Below are positions 11,849-25,413 of a stretch of 64,000 nt of DNA, piece by piece. The notes beneath the pieces were generated by a model. It made no database searches, was not told the origin of the DNA, and was given only the letters and a program-made list of their open reading frames with translations. How positions within the stretch are numbered: position 1 is the first letter of the stretch; the number at the start of each line of letters is the position of its first letter. Origin of the DNA: Mobula hypostoma (taxonomy: Eukaryota); NCBI RefSeq assembly GCF_963921235.1, contig NC_086106.1, positions 49,786,001 through 49,850,000 of the forward strand, read 5' to 3'. A program made the position numbers and the translations under genes.

Positions 11849-14189
11849 GATTGGGACAGGCTGTTTTCTGGCAAAAGGTGCACTTGGTAAGTGGAAAGCC
11901 TTCAGAAATGAAATTTTGAGAGTACAAAGCTTGTATTTGCCTGTCAGAATATAAGCTAAAGATTACAGGTTTAGGGGACCTTGGTTTTCAAGAGATAGCG
12001 AGGTCATTGTTAAGAGAAAAAATCTGTATATCTGGTATAAGCAGGTAGGAACAAATGAAATACTTATGGAGTATAAGAAATGGAAGGCTAAAAGAAGGCA
12101 TCGTGTTGCCCTAGGAGACAAAGTGAAGCAGAATGCTAAGGGATCCTAAAGACATGTTAAGAGCAAATGGATTGCATGGTACAAAATTAGTAATCCTGAA
12201 GATCAGATGGTAATCCATGCATGGAGCCAAAAGAGATGGGGGAGAAGTTAAATGAATTTTTTTGCAGCTGTATTTACTCAGGAGATGGACACAGAGTCTA
12301 TAGAAGTGAGGCAAAGTGGCATCAACTTCATGAACCCTATACAGATTACAGAGGAGGAGGTGTTCGCTGTCTTGGGGTAAATTAGGGTGGTTAAATCCCC
12401 AGGCATGAGAAGGTGTTCCCTCAGACCCTGTGGCAGGCAACTGCAGAAATTGCCGGGGCCCTAGCATCCTTAAATCATCCTTAGCAACAGGTGAGATACC
12501 AGAGGACTGGAGGATAGCCAATGTTGTTCTGCTTTTTTAAGAAAGGCTCTAAATAGTAAACCAGGAAAGTATATGCCAATGAGCCTGACATCAGTAGTGA
12601 GGAAGTTATTAGAAGGTGTTCTAAGGGACCGGATATATGAGTATTTGGATGGACAGGAACTGATTAGGGATTATCAGCATGGCTTTGTGTGTGGTAGGTC
12701 GTGTCTAGCCAATCTTACAAAGTTTTTTGAGGAAGTTACCAGGAAAGTTGATGAAGACAGTGGATTTTGTCTGCATGGACTTTAGAATGGCAGTTAACAA
12801 GGTCCCACATGGGAGGTTGGTCAAGAAGATTCAGTCGCTCGGCATTCAAGACGAGGAGGCAGTAAATTGGATTAGACATTGGCTTTGTGCGAGAAGCGAG
12901 AGAGTGGTAGTAGATGATTGCCTCTCTGCCTGGAGGCCTGTGACTACTGGAGTGCCGCAGAGATTGGAACTTGGTCCAGTGTTGTTTGTCATCTATATCA
13001 ACAATGTGGATGATAATACAGTAAACTGGATCAGCAAATTTTCAAATAACACCACGATTCGAGGCATAGTCAACAGTGAGTAAAACTATCACAACTTCCA
13101 GCAGGATCTGGACCAGCTGGAAAAGTGGGCTGAAAAATTACAGATGGAGTTTAATGCAGACAAGTGCAAGGTATTGCACTTTGGTAGGACCGATCAGGAT
13201 AGGTGTTAAACAGTGAACAGTAGGGCACTGAGGAGTGCTGCAAAACAAAGGCACCTGGGAATACAGGCCCATAATTCTTTGAAAGTGACTTCTTAGGTAG
13301 ACAGGGTCATAGAGAAAGCTTTTGGCACATTGGCATTCATAAATCAAAGTACTGAGTACAGGTGATGGGGTGTTATGTTGAAGTTGTATAAGATGTTGAT
13401 GAGGCCTAATTTGGAATATTGTATGGTCACCTACCTACAGGAAAGATGTAAATAAGATTGATAGAGTACAGAGAAAATTAACAAGAATGTTGTGAGGACT
13501 GGAAGACCTGAGTTATAAGGAATGATTGAATAGGATAGGACTTTATTCCTTGGAATGTAGAAGATTGAGGGGAGATTCGATAGTGGTATGCAAATTATGA
13601 AGGGTATAGATAGGGTAAATGCAAGCAGGCTTTTTCCACTGAGGTTGGGTGGGACTACAACTAGAGGTCATGGGTTAAGGATGAAATGTGAAAAGTTTAA
13701 AGGGAATGTAAGGAAGAACTTCATCACTCAGAGGGTCAGAAGGAATGAGCAGCCAGCACAAGTGGTGCATGTGAGCTCAATTTCAATGTTGAAGGAAAGT
13801 TTGGATAGATGCATGAATGGTAGGGGTATAGAGGGTTATGGCAGGTCGATGGGAGCGAGCAGTTTAAATGGTTTGGTATAGACTAGAGGGGCTGAAGGGC
13901 CTGTTTCTCTGCTGTACTTTCCTATGACTCAATGACTTTTAACACAGCACACAATTTATTGCAGCCAGGCAGCAGTGATCCTCCAGGCAGCAGTGATACC
14001 CATTATCCTATACCTTTTGAAATCTAAACTGCTCACAGCAGGCATCCAAAGCACTTGAGAGGCACCACCAACATTGTATCAGCAAAATTCTCCAAGCACA
14101 CTGCCAAGATAAGCAAACTAACTTCAGGCTTCTCTCTGACCCCAATATTCCCAGCTTTGAGGCTCTAATTACACTAAGTCAGTGACATT

Positions 14190-14530
14190 AGATAGGCCAT
14201 GCCATTCTTAGACCCAACAACTACTCCTTGGTCTGTCATGGCATGAGACCGCAAGAAGACAGAGAAACTGCTGAAAGAAGTTCCCAACATGTATGGAAAA
14301 AGAGAAACATCTTCAACAATACCCTAACACATCACTGCTCAAAATGGAGAAAGTATATTTGGGATGACACAGAGAACCTCTAATCTCTTTGATAAGAAAA
14401 CACCCGTAGGCCAAGTGAAAATGGCAGAAGGAGCGAGGCACGTGCATCCATCTGCTACATCAGGCATCTCTGCCCTTTTGACTGAGTCTGCAGGCCCTAC
14501 ACAGGCCTCTCTGGGTAGCCAGTTGTGATT
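14190..14530 (+). mobile_element. degraded RTE-like LINE 3' end
   Basis: G.RPQ..QRK-like and SKWRKYIWD remnants. Confidence 0.5.
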
Positions 14531-15604
14531 GACCTGGAAGATGAACTCTGTTCCTCTCACACAAAAGATTGCCCAACCCTGCTAAACATTTCCGGCATTT
14601 TCTGAGCCCACAGATCTTAGATGAAAGCAAATCATCTTGAGGGTCTGCCTGAGAAGAAAATCTCATACTATTTTTCTCATTGGTTATGTAATTTAAAGTT
14701 GTGTGTTATCTGCAAATCTCAAAATTTGTTCGATACCCACAAGCTCACATCATTAATGCATATCAAGGAAGGCAGTGTTCTAAAATCAACATTATGAGTT
14801 TTCTTCCAGTCAGCTCAGTATCATCCACCACAAATTTATATCTTCTATTCTTTGGTAATGTTATCTCTGCCACTTTTAAACTTTGATCAGGATCTAATAT
14901 GAGATATTTTGCTAAGCAGCTTTTTAAATCCCAATGTCCACAAGATCATCTTCATTACCCCTATTTGTCTTCTTTGTTATCTAATCAAAGGTCTTAAAAA
15001 GTCAGTCCAGAAAACTTTCCTCATTTAAAAATATCTGTCTGGTTCTCTGTTATTGGTTCAAATTTGTCTGAGTGGAAGTGAATTATCTGTTGTTTCTGAA
15101 ATGGGTTACAGTCCTTGGGTGCCAATTCTGTATCCTAAGGAAGTTTAGAAGGTTCTAGCCAGTATCTTTGCAATTTCAACCTTTACGTTGTTCTCTCCGT
15201 ATCTCAAGATGCACCTGGTTCAGACCAATTTCCGTGTGTGACCTCTCAAGGATATACTTCTCTGGTAGCACTTACAATTAACATTTTGCTACAGAAAACA
15301 TATACTGTAAAGGAGAGTCATTAAGTCCAGTGGAAGGACTGTCCAATTCTGCTATTGTCATTTTTTTTAACCATGAAGTGAGGTTCATGATTTTGAGCAA
15401 TGATTTTTGTTTTAAATATCCACCTAAACCACCAGACAGGATGTAGGACTTCTGTTCAAAACAAGAGCTGATAACTCTGAAATGCAGTATTCCTTCAGTA
15501 CAATATTCAGCTATCAATGGATCTTAGGTATTCAAACTTTTGATTAGGAGATGAAAAAGCTGTTAACTCAGCTAACATAAGTAGTCCTTCAGAATCGTAC
15601 AGTG

Positions 15605-15915
15605 AGGTGGCATAGTAGCATAGTGGTTAGCACAATTCTTTTTCAGAACCAGACACCCAGGCTTAATTCCCACCACTGTCTGTAAGGAGTTTGTACGTTC
15701 TCCCCATAACCGCGTGGGTTTCCTCCATGTGCTCCGGTTTCCTCCCTCAGTCCAATGATGTACCCATTGGTAGGTTAGTTGGTGACTGTAGGTTGTCCCG
15801 TGATTAAGCTAGGGTTAAATCTGGGGATTGCTGGGTGGCATGTTTCAAAGGGTTGGAAGAGCCTATTCGGCACTATATCTCAATTAATCAATCAATCAAT
15901 CAATCAATAAATAAA
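15605..15915 (+). mobile_element. V-SINE (HE1-like)
   Basis: A-box tagcatagtgg, degenerate B-box, V-domain ggagtttgtacgttctcccc..gtgggtttcctcc..gtgctccggtttcctcc; (atca)n/(aaat)n tail. Confidence 0.88.
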
Positions 15916-16029
15916 TTTGTGATGCGTACACTTGTGCTTCATCACCATTTGATTATATGCCATCAGAGCACAGAGGTCAAGGGCATCTGCTCTAGATAAG
16001 GTGGTAAACCATTAAAAGCACAGAGACAG

Positions 16030-17470
16030 AGTATCACTTCCCTCACCATTTTGAAAAATAGAGGAGACCTGGGATTTGTAAGTTGCTTTATGAAGGAAGA
16101 CTGAGCAGAATGAACCTGTACTTGGGAATGTTGAAGATTAAGACTTAGTTTCATTGAAACATTCAAGCTTCTGGGAGACTTTGGCAGGAAAGATGCTGTG
16201 ATGATGTTTCCTCAGGTGGTAGAACCGGGAACCAGGAGATACTGAGGAAGGAATCAGCCCTATATGACTGAGGCAAGAAAAGACCATATACTTGTTGTGA
16301 ATCTGTGAAATTTTCTTCTGCAAAGAGTTGTTGAACATATTCAAGGCTAGGTTAACATTTTGAACTGTAGAGAAATTAAGGGTTAGGGAGCTCAGGTTGA
16401 AGCCAAAAATCAGATTAGACATAATCCCACTGGTGATCAGGACAGCTCTAGTGGCTGTATAATGTCCTTCTGCTTCTGCTTCCTATGTTCTTGTTCCAAA
16501 CTCTCCAATCAGTTCTTCCCTCTGCTATAAAATGGAAAAGTTGTTGCTTTGCTTAAACTCACAGAATGGTATAGCTTAGAAGAGGCCTTCCAGTCCATTA
16601 GACCTATGCCAACTATTTTCCTAATCCCAACTGCCTACATTAGCCCTGTCTTTCTATGCTCCATCTATTCGAGTGTCAGCCTAAATTTCTCTGAAATGTA
16701 GTGAATTTACACTGTCAACAACGCTTTAGGTGACGACCATTCTCTCGGTAAAATCCCCGCAGATCTCCTTCAAAACACCTTCCATCCACCTTAAGTGTTT
16801 ATTTACTTATTTTTGACAGTTACATTTTGAGGAATAGCTTGTTTCTGCTTTTCTTTATCTACCTCTGTCAGTTCTCAGCCTTTGCTCCAGGAAAAAGAAG
16901 CCCAGACATCCCATGCAATGTTTTCACAGGTGATTTATCAGTCTCAGAGGTAATAGACCATGGAAGCAGACTCTGGAGCCCAACTTGTCCTTGCCAACCA
17001 CAATGCCCATCTAAGCTAATCCCAGCTGTCCACATTTGGCCCATCTCCCTCTAAAAGTTTTCCTTTCTATGTGCCTGTCCAAATGCATTTTAACTGTTGT
17101 TATCATATTGCCTCAAACACTTTTCTGGCAGCTCGTTCCACCTACTGACCTCATTTGTGTGAAAAAGACTCTCCTAAGGTCCTTCTCAAACCTTTCCCCT
17201 CTCACCTTAAACCTATACCCTTTAGTTTTTTACATTTCCATTTTCTGGGTAAAAGACTGTATGCATCCATCCTATCTCTGCCGTCATGATTTTATACAGC
17301 TCAATCTCCTGTAGCCCAATGAATAAAGTCTTCACCTTCCCAGTGTCCCCCTATAATTCAGGACCTCTAGTCCTGCAACATTCTCATAAATCTTCTTTGC
17401 AGTCTTTTCAGCTCATCTTTCCCATAACAGGCTAACCAAAAATTGCACACAATACTCCAATAGTCCTTGT
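16030..17470. mobile_element. cluster of old CR1 3' fragments (+ at 16030-16490; - at 16560-16900 and 16950-17470)
   Basis: Degenerate CR1 3' sequence similar to the other copies. Confidence 0.6.
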
Positions 17471-17559
17471 GCTTCTAAATTCTCTATCATTTAAAATAAC
17501 CTTGCCATTCTGATTTGATTCCAAGTGCCACTGATCTGGTTAGCACTGCTTTGACCTAA

Positions 17560-17975
17560 CCATGGAAAACTTGGAGTCATCCAATTGAAGTTTCCACCTG
17601 CTACTCTTATATATTGGTTTCTAGTTAGACAAAGCTTCAATTTTAAAGTTTTTATTCTTGCTCTTAAACCTCTCCCATCATCTCTTATGCTTCCTACCTC
17701 TGGAAATTGCTCTAGTCCTATTATCCAAGAATTCTGCACTCTTCTAATTCAAGTTCATCCCCAAATTTGATTGCCCAGCCATGGATTGCCACAACAAGTC
17801 CAAAGCTCTGCAGTTCCATCCTAAACCTTTCTGCTTCTCCACCTCTCTTTTTTCAATAAGATGTTCCTTAAAACATACCTGGCTGTATATTTGCTGATTT
17901 CTTGTATTGTAGTCTGGTGTCAGTTTTGTTTTTGTGAGGTGTTTCAGACAACTTAAAGGGTGCTTTATAAATGAT
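17560..17975 (+). mobile_element. L2-like LINE 3' remnant
   Basis: YWFLVRQSFNFKVFILALK resembles L2 HWLPV.QRI.FKILLL.FK. Confidence 0.55.
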
Positions 17976-18094
17976 AAGTGATGTGTAGTGCAGCTGCCAT
18001 AACCTCAGTGGGCAATTACATGATTTGGAAGAGTATTTGCTGATGTCGTGTAAATACTAAAAGGTTCTGCACAAGTGAACTGGCACAAACAGAC

Positions 18095-18312
18095 AATCTG
18101 TTTGGTGATGTTAATTCACCAAGGTATAGATATAGTTAGATACAGGTATAGTTAATTCATTGAGGTGTAATCTGTTTGGTGACGTTAATTCACCAAGGTA
18201 TAGATACAGTTAGATACAGGTATAGTTAATTCACTGGGGTATAGATATAGGTATTGTTAATTCACTGAGGTATAATCTGTTTGGTGATGTTAATTCACTG
18301 AGGTATAGATAT
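18095..18312. repeat. compound tandem repeat (6x gttaattcayyraggtrta core; 3x aatctgtttggtgaygttaattca)
   Basis: Directly visible. Confidence 0.9.
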
Positions 18313-18339
18313 GGGATAGTGCTCCAGACTTATTTTAAC

Positions 18340-18820
18340 AGAGAACATAGAATAGAACTGTGCGGGAGCAAGCCCTTCGGCCCACAATGCTGTGCTGAAC
18401 CACCTAAGAAGTAAATCAAAAACCCCCAAACACTAACCCCTCCTACCTGCACAACGTCCATATCCGTTCACTTTCCTCACATCCATGTACCTATCCAATC
18501 ATCTCTTAAAAGCCTCTATTGTATTTGCCTCTACCACCACAATGGGCAGCACATTCCAGGCATCCACCACTCTCTGAGTAAAAAACTTACCCCTCACATC
18601 CCCTTTGAAACCAGCCCCTCTCACCTTCAATGCATGGCCTCTGGTATCAGACATTTCCACACTGAGAAACAGATACTCTCTGTCTACTCTACCTATGACT
18701 CTCATAAGCTTACAAATCTCGATCAGTTCTCCCTCAGCCTCCGCCACTCCAGAGAAAACATCCTAAGCTTGTCCAGCCTTTCATGATAGCAAATGCCCTC
18801 TAAACCAGGCAGTATCCTGG
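18340..18820 (-). mobile_element. CR1 LINE 3' fragment
   Basis: TRGHALKVRG..FKGDVRGKFFTQRVV..WN. Confidence 0.9.
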
Positions 18821-19979
18821 TTCAGTATTAATTTCAAAAATCACCAGCTAAAAGGAAGCAAGAACCAATTCAGGGAGAGGTAACGTTTCAGCATGGCTCC
18901 TGTGCTGGGAGGAGCAGAACTCCTTCTACCAACGTTATCCTGATGCACATCAGCCGCTGTTCACTGCACCCTAAACCCCTAATAGAAAGACTCCAGTTCC
19001 TTCTTCCAACTAACTCACCAAACTTCTCATCCCTCCCCTCCCCATCCCCATCCCCTCACCACACTCACTCTACTAATACCAAGCGTAGCAACCTGTCAGA
19101 TACAAGTTTCACACACTGTGGTTAATGCTAAAAAGCATGAACCTCTGGGCTTCCTGTATAAAGTACTGCTCCTCCCCCACCCACTCATTTAAATTACCAT
19201 GTCTTCTTTTGCAATGAGAGAAGAGGCTTAATTGAAATGTTCAAAATTATCATGACAGAGTAAATTGCAAAGTGACAGAGGATCAGTAACCAAAGAAAGC
19301 AGAAACCCTGAGGGATAAGGAAATTCTTCTATGATGCAATTTATTCTGCGATGAAATATTGATTCTATACCAACAGGAAAGCAGCTACACTTAAAAAGGA
19401 CACATTTGTAATACACGACAGGAAGAACTGGTGATATAGTCAATATCTCTCTGAAAGTGGCAACTCAGTTCGAAAGGGTAGTAAGGAAGGTGTGTCAGCG
19501 GTTGGGGTGCCGAGTATGCAAACTGAGAAGTTATGTTGCAGCTGTATTACAGTTCGGTTGGACCACATGCAAAGCTTTGTGTGCAGTTTGAGTTGCCACA
19601 TCACAAAAGCAAAAAGGATGTGGAAGCTTCGAGGAGGATACAGAAGAGGTTCATGGGGATGCTGCTTGGATTAAAGGGTATTAGCTCTGAGGATAATTGT
19701 TTTCTCTGGGATGTCAGAAGCTGAAGGGCAACATGGTATTGGTTTTGTTATTGTCACATATACCGAGATATAGTGAGAAAACTTATTTTTTCAAGTCATA
19801 CATACAAATAATTTCAAAACGTAAGTACTTTCAGGTATTAGGAATAGGAGGATGTAGAGTATAGTGTTCTATTTACAGAGGAAAAGCAGTGTAGATGCAA
19901 GGGCAAAGATGATGTAGATTGTAACAATAATTATCATACGGAGCTGATGGAAGTACACACAGTGTGCTTCCTGGGCTTC

Positions 19980-20385
19980 CTGTACCTAATAAAGAGGCCA
20001 CTAAGTGTATTTTATGGTCTTCTGCAGTCCATCCACTTCAAGCTTCAATATCTTGTGCATTCAAAGGTGTTCTTCTGCACACCACTGTTGTAATACATAG
20101 TTATTTGAGTTACTGTTACCTTCCTGTCAGCTTGAACCAGTCTGGCCATTCTTCTCTGACCTCTCTCATTAACAAGGCGTTCTCGCCTACAGGACTACCA
20201 CTCAATGGATGTTCTTTTTTTTTGTTTTTCACATCATTCTCTGTAAACTCTAGAGACTTTTGTGCATGAAGATCCCAGGAGATCAGCAGTTTCTGAGTTA
20301 CTCAAACCACCCCATCTGGTACCAACAATCGTTACATAGTCAAAGTCACTGAGCGCACATTTCTTCCCCATATCGAGGTTTAGTT
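19980..20385 (-). mobile_element. Tc1-like transposon deletion derivative
   Basis: Homologous to 51402-51930; MGKK.DL.DFD.G..VG remnant. Confidence 0.75.
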
Positions 20386-20429
20386 CAACACTTCACTCAT
20401 CCAGGCTACTGCCCCTACAAGCCTCAAAT

Positions 20430-21680
20430 CCACCACGTTCATCCCTGTTGCAGAGAACTGTACGTCTTCAGAAGTAAACGATTGCCCAGTGACACTGATA
20501 ACAATCATCATGAGTGCTTTGAACAGCTGATAATGGCACATATCAAATACCCCAATGCTGCCTCATTGGACACTCACCACTATGCTAACTGACAAAACTG
20601 CTCTGTGACCAATGTTAAACAACTTCTAGACCATTTATACTCCAGCACCTGCCATGCACCTGGCTCTGACACACCAAGAAAACGAGGACACTTATGTCAG
20701 AATGCTGCCTCTGCATTTCAGTTCAGCACTCAGCACTACTGTCCCCCAGAGCTTGGTGAACAAACTCCTACTCCTCGGTCTAAATACACAACTGTGCAAC
20801 TGGGTGTTGGACTCCCTAATCAACAGACCACAGACAGGATGCACAACCGCTTCACCCTCCCTAGCATCCTCAACACGGGTCCCTCCACCACCCCCCAGGA
20901 CTGTGTGCTGAGCCCACTGCTGTACACTCTGCTCATATGCGACTGCACGGCCAAACACCCAAGCAATCGCATTATCAAGTTTGCCGATGACACGGCAGTG
21001 ATAAGGCTCAGCACCAACAATGATGAGATGGCCTACCGAGGGGTGCAAGCACTTGAGGCCTGCTGCCAGGCGAACAACCTCTTCCTTAAAGACAAAGGAG
21101 ATGGTTGTCACCTTCAGGAGAACCCCCACCACTCGCATCACCCTTTACATGCGCGGCACAGCAGTGGAAACTGCAAGCAGCTTCAGACTCCTGGGAGTGC
21201 ACATCTCACACAACCTCTCAGTGACGCAGAACACATCTTACACAGTAAGGAAAGTTCATCAAAGTTCTACTTCCTGGGGAGGCTGAAGAGAGCTGAACTT
21301 TGTACATCCATACTCACGTCATTCTACCGATTTGCAGTGGAGAGCATGCTAACAAACTGCATCACTGCTTGGGACAGTAACTGCACTGCAGTGGACAGGA
21401 AGGCTCTACAGCAGATAGTCAAAACTGCCCAATGCATCACCGGACCAGCCTACCCTCCACCAAGGACATACATACAGAAGGGTGCCAGAAATGGGCCAGT
21501 AACATCATTAAGGATCCCACCCACACTGCCCGTCAAGTGATTGTCCCACTCCCATCAGGGAGAAGGCTACATAGCATCCAAGCCAGGACCACCAGACTCA
21601 AAAACAGTTACTTTCCCCAAGCAGTAAGGCTGATCAACACCTCCAACCACAAACTCCACCACTACTTTATCACTTTTGTT
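20430..21680 (+). mobile_element. Rex1/Babar LINE, 5'-truncated
   Basis: [38 protein letters not shown]. Confidence 0.9.
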
Positions 21681-21928
21681 CATTGGTGAGGCTGCGTGAG
21701 GTTTAAAAAGAGCTCGTGGCCTTTCGGTGGGCTGCAAACATTGTGATCTTTCAGGCACTTGGCAGGGGGCAATAAAAGGAAGTGAGATGTAAAATGGAGC
21801 AGGCATTGTGTGAGAGGGCCAGTGTTAGGATGGTCAAGTTTTGGCTCAGCAGATTTAGGAGAGAACAGGAGTAGGCTAAAACTTAAGCTTGGGAAGTTAG
21901 AGGTATAACCAGTGTAGGCAGGAAGGTA

Positions 21929-22466
21929 CAGTACTGTGCAAAAGTTTTAGGTACATATACATAGCTAGGGTGCCTAGAACTTTTGCACAGTACTGTCATA
22001 ATTTTATGGATTGCATTGTACTCCTGCCACAAAAAAAAAGCAAATTCCATGAGAAATGTGAGCGGTGATAAACCTGCTTCTGATATGGGTCTCCATTATG
22101 GTCCGAGACAGGGAAGGAGGCAGGGGGAAGGAATTTATGGCTGGGAAAATGGGAAGGGAGAGGGGAGGGAGCAGGAAGTTTCTGAGGGACATTCTGTAAT
22201 GATCAAAAAAATACAATTGCTTGGAATCGAATGACCTTACCTCAGGGCTGGGTGTGTCTGCACCCGTGCCATCCCCCTCCCGGCCACCCCTTCTCTGCCA
22301 CCTGTCCCCTGCACTTCCCATGGTCCTCCACCCTCACCATTCCCAACATCCTTTGCTCCCACCAGATTTACAAACTCGCTGTCTGCTCCATGTTGACAAA
22401 TACAGTACTGTGCAAGGTCTTAGGCTCCCTAGCTGTATATATGCCCAAGACCTTTGCACAGTACTG
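21929..22466. mobile_element. non-autonomous Tc1/mariner-like element with hairpin ends
   Basis: TA|cagtactgtgcaa..ttgcacagtactg TIRs; second copy at ~63586-64000 in reverse. Confidence 0.85.
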
Positions 22467-25413
22467 CAGTGGAAGGCTCCTCCTGTGAGATGTGGAATTT
22501 CAGGGTAGCTGACAGTCCCCCTGATGACTATATCTGCAGGAAGTGTACCCAGCTTCATCTCCTGACTGACAAGGTGAAAGAGCTGGAGCTGGAGCTGGAT
22601 TTACTCAGGAACATCCAGGAGGCTGAAACCCAGCAGGGCATTTTACTGAAGTGGTCATGCCCAGAGTGTAGGCTTCATATAGTAGATGGGTGACCACCTG
22701 GAGAACAATGGTAATAAACTGTCAGTGCAGATTTCCCCAGTGGCCATACCCCTCAGCAACAAGTATACTATACCTTTGGATACTACCAGGGGTTATGATC
22801 TGTCAGTGCTCAACAGCAGCAGCCAGGCCAGTTCTGAGTCTCAACAGGGAAGGGTACAGTCAGGCCATAGTTAGGGTGACGGACAGGAGATCCTGTGGCT
22901 GCAAAAGAGATGCTAGGATTGTCTGTTGCCTCCCAAGTGCTTGGGTCCAGGATGTCTCAGAGTGGTTGCAGAAGGTTCTTAAGAGAGAGGGTGAGTAGCC
23001 AGAGGTTGTGGTGCTCATGGCACCAATAGCATAGGCAGAAAGGAGGAAGGGGCTCTGCACTGTGAGCAGAGGGAGTTAGGGTAGAGACTGGAGTAGGACC
23101 TCCAAGGTAGTAATATCTGGATTATTCCCAGTACCATGTCCTACTTAGGGCAGGAATAGGACGACAGCCCAGAAGAATGAGTGGCGGAGGAAGTGGTGCA
23201 GGGACACAGTTTCAGATTTCTGGATCATTGGCATCTCTTCTGGGGAAAGTATGACCTGTACAAAAAGAACATTTTATACCTGACCCTAAGGGGGGACCAA
23301 TGTCTTTGTGGGCTGGTTGGTTAGAGCCCTTGGAGAGGGTTTAAACTAATTTATCAGGGAGATGGGAAATGGAACGATGGGGCTGAGGATAGGACAACTG
23401 GTATACAAGTCGATGCATTGTTTCGTGAGACTGTGAGGAAGAATGGGCAAATGATAGGACAAAATTGCAGTCAGAGGGATGAGTTGAAGTGTAACATGGG
23501 GACAAACTTAAAAAGGCTGATGAATGCAGGACCAAAGGTGTTAATTTGAATGGAAGCAGTGTGCGGAATAAGTTTGATGACTTTGTAGCGCAGTTAGAGA
23601 TTGGTAGGTATGACATCGCGGGCATCACTGGGTTGTGGCTGAAAGAAGATCATAGTTGGGAGCTGAATATCCAAGGATGCACATTGTATCAGAAGGACAG
23701 GCAGGAAGGCAGAGGGGGTGGGTGGCTCTGTTAGTAAGAAATTCAATCAAATCCTTGTAAAGAGGTGACATAGTATCAGAAGATATAGCATCCTTGTGAG
23801 TAGAGTTAAGAAACAGCAAAGGTAAAAAATGGTGATGGGAGTTACATCAGGATATTAGATATAAATTTACAATAGCAGATAGAAAAACCATATAATAAGG
23901 ACAAAGGAACGATAGCCATAAGGGATTTCAATATGCAGGTAGATTGGGAAGATTAGGTTGGTGCTGGATCACAAGAGAGGGAATTTTTAGAATGCCTACA
24001 AGATGGGGTTTTTTTTTGAGCCCACTAGGGGAAAGGCAATTCTAGATTCGGTACTGTGTAAAGAACCAGATTTGGTTAAGGAACTAAAGGTAAAGGAATC
24101 CTTAGGAGGCAGTGAACATAGTATGATAGAATTCACCCTGCAGTTTGAGAGGGAGAAAACAAAGTCAGTGGAGTAAAGGGAATTACAGAGTCATGAGTGA
24201 GGAACTAGTCAAAAATGATTGGAAGGGAACACCGTCAGGGATGACAGCAGAACAACAATGGCTGGAGATTCTGGGGGCAACTCAGAAGGCACAGGATAGA
24301 AACATCACAAAGATGGAGAAGTATTTTAAAAGGAGGATGAGGCAACCATGTCTGACAGGGGAAGTAAAAAACAGCATAAAAACAAAAGAGATGGCATACA
24401 ATATAGCAGAAATTAGTGGGAAGTTAGAGGATTGGGAAGCTTTTAAAAATCAACAGAAGGGAACTAAAAAAGCAATAAGGAGAGAAATGATGAAATGTGA
24501 AGGTAAGTTACACAATAGTATAAAAGAGGATATCAGAAGTTTTTTTTCAAATTGGTAAAGAGTAATAGACAGGGAAGAGTGGATATTGGCCCACTGGAAA
24601 GGTAGTAACGGAGGACAAAGAAATGGTGGATAAACTTGATAAGTATTTTGCATCAGTTTTCACTATGGAAGACACAAGAGTATGCCAGAAACTTGAGAGT
24701 GTGAGTACAGTTTCTACTACTAAGGAGAGGGTGCTTGGGAAGGTGAAAGTCTGAAAGTAGATAAGTCACCTAGACCAGATAGACTAATACCCAAGATTTG
24801 GAAAGAGGTGCTGAACTAACTGTGGAAGCATTAATTATGATCTTTCAAGAATCACTAGATTCTAGAATGGTTCCGGATGAGTTGAAAATTGCAAATATCA
24901 CTCGACTCTTTAAGAAGGGAGGTAGGTGGGTGAAAGAAAATTATAAGCCAGTCAGCCTGATTTCAGTGGTTGAGAAGATGTTGGAGTCCATTATTAAGGA
25001 TGATGTTTCGGGGTACTTGGAGGCACATGATAAAATAGACCAAAGTCAGCAAGGTTTCCTTAGAGGGAAATCTTGCCTGATAAATCTGCTGGAATCCTTT
25101 GAGGAAATAACAGACAGGGTAGACAAAGGGGAATCCCTAGAAGTTAACCTGCAAGTTGAGTTGGTGGCAAGGAAAGCAAATGTAATGTTGGCATTCATTT
25201 TGTGAGAACTAGAACATAAGAGCACAATGTAATGCTGAGGTTTTATAAGATATTGTTCAGACTGCATTTGGACTGTTATGAGTAGTTTTGGGCCCATTAT
25301 CTAAAAAAAGATGTAGTGGTATTGGAGAAAATCCAGAGTATGTTCACAAGGATAATTCCAGGAATGAAAGGGTTAATGTATGCGGAGCATTTGATGGTCG
25401 TGTGCTTTTACTC

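Larger units (their letters stand above)
7700..13932 (+). mobile_element. near full-length degraded CR1 LINE (ORF1 zinc-finger/SGNH esterase; ORF2 APE+RT), interrupted by Penelope
   Basis: FPGARVQD..HVGTNDI..DGLQL; FNARSI, ISETWL; QHGF..GRSCL; GVPQ..LGPVLF; CR1 3' tail. Confidence 0.93.

Noticed and set aside
15605-15680. tRNA gene
   Set aside because: SINE head with degenerate B-box and no cloverleaf.
20605-21540. 311-aa ORF
   Set aside because: Frame-hopping read through a degraded Rex1 RT.
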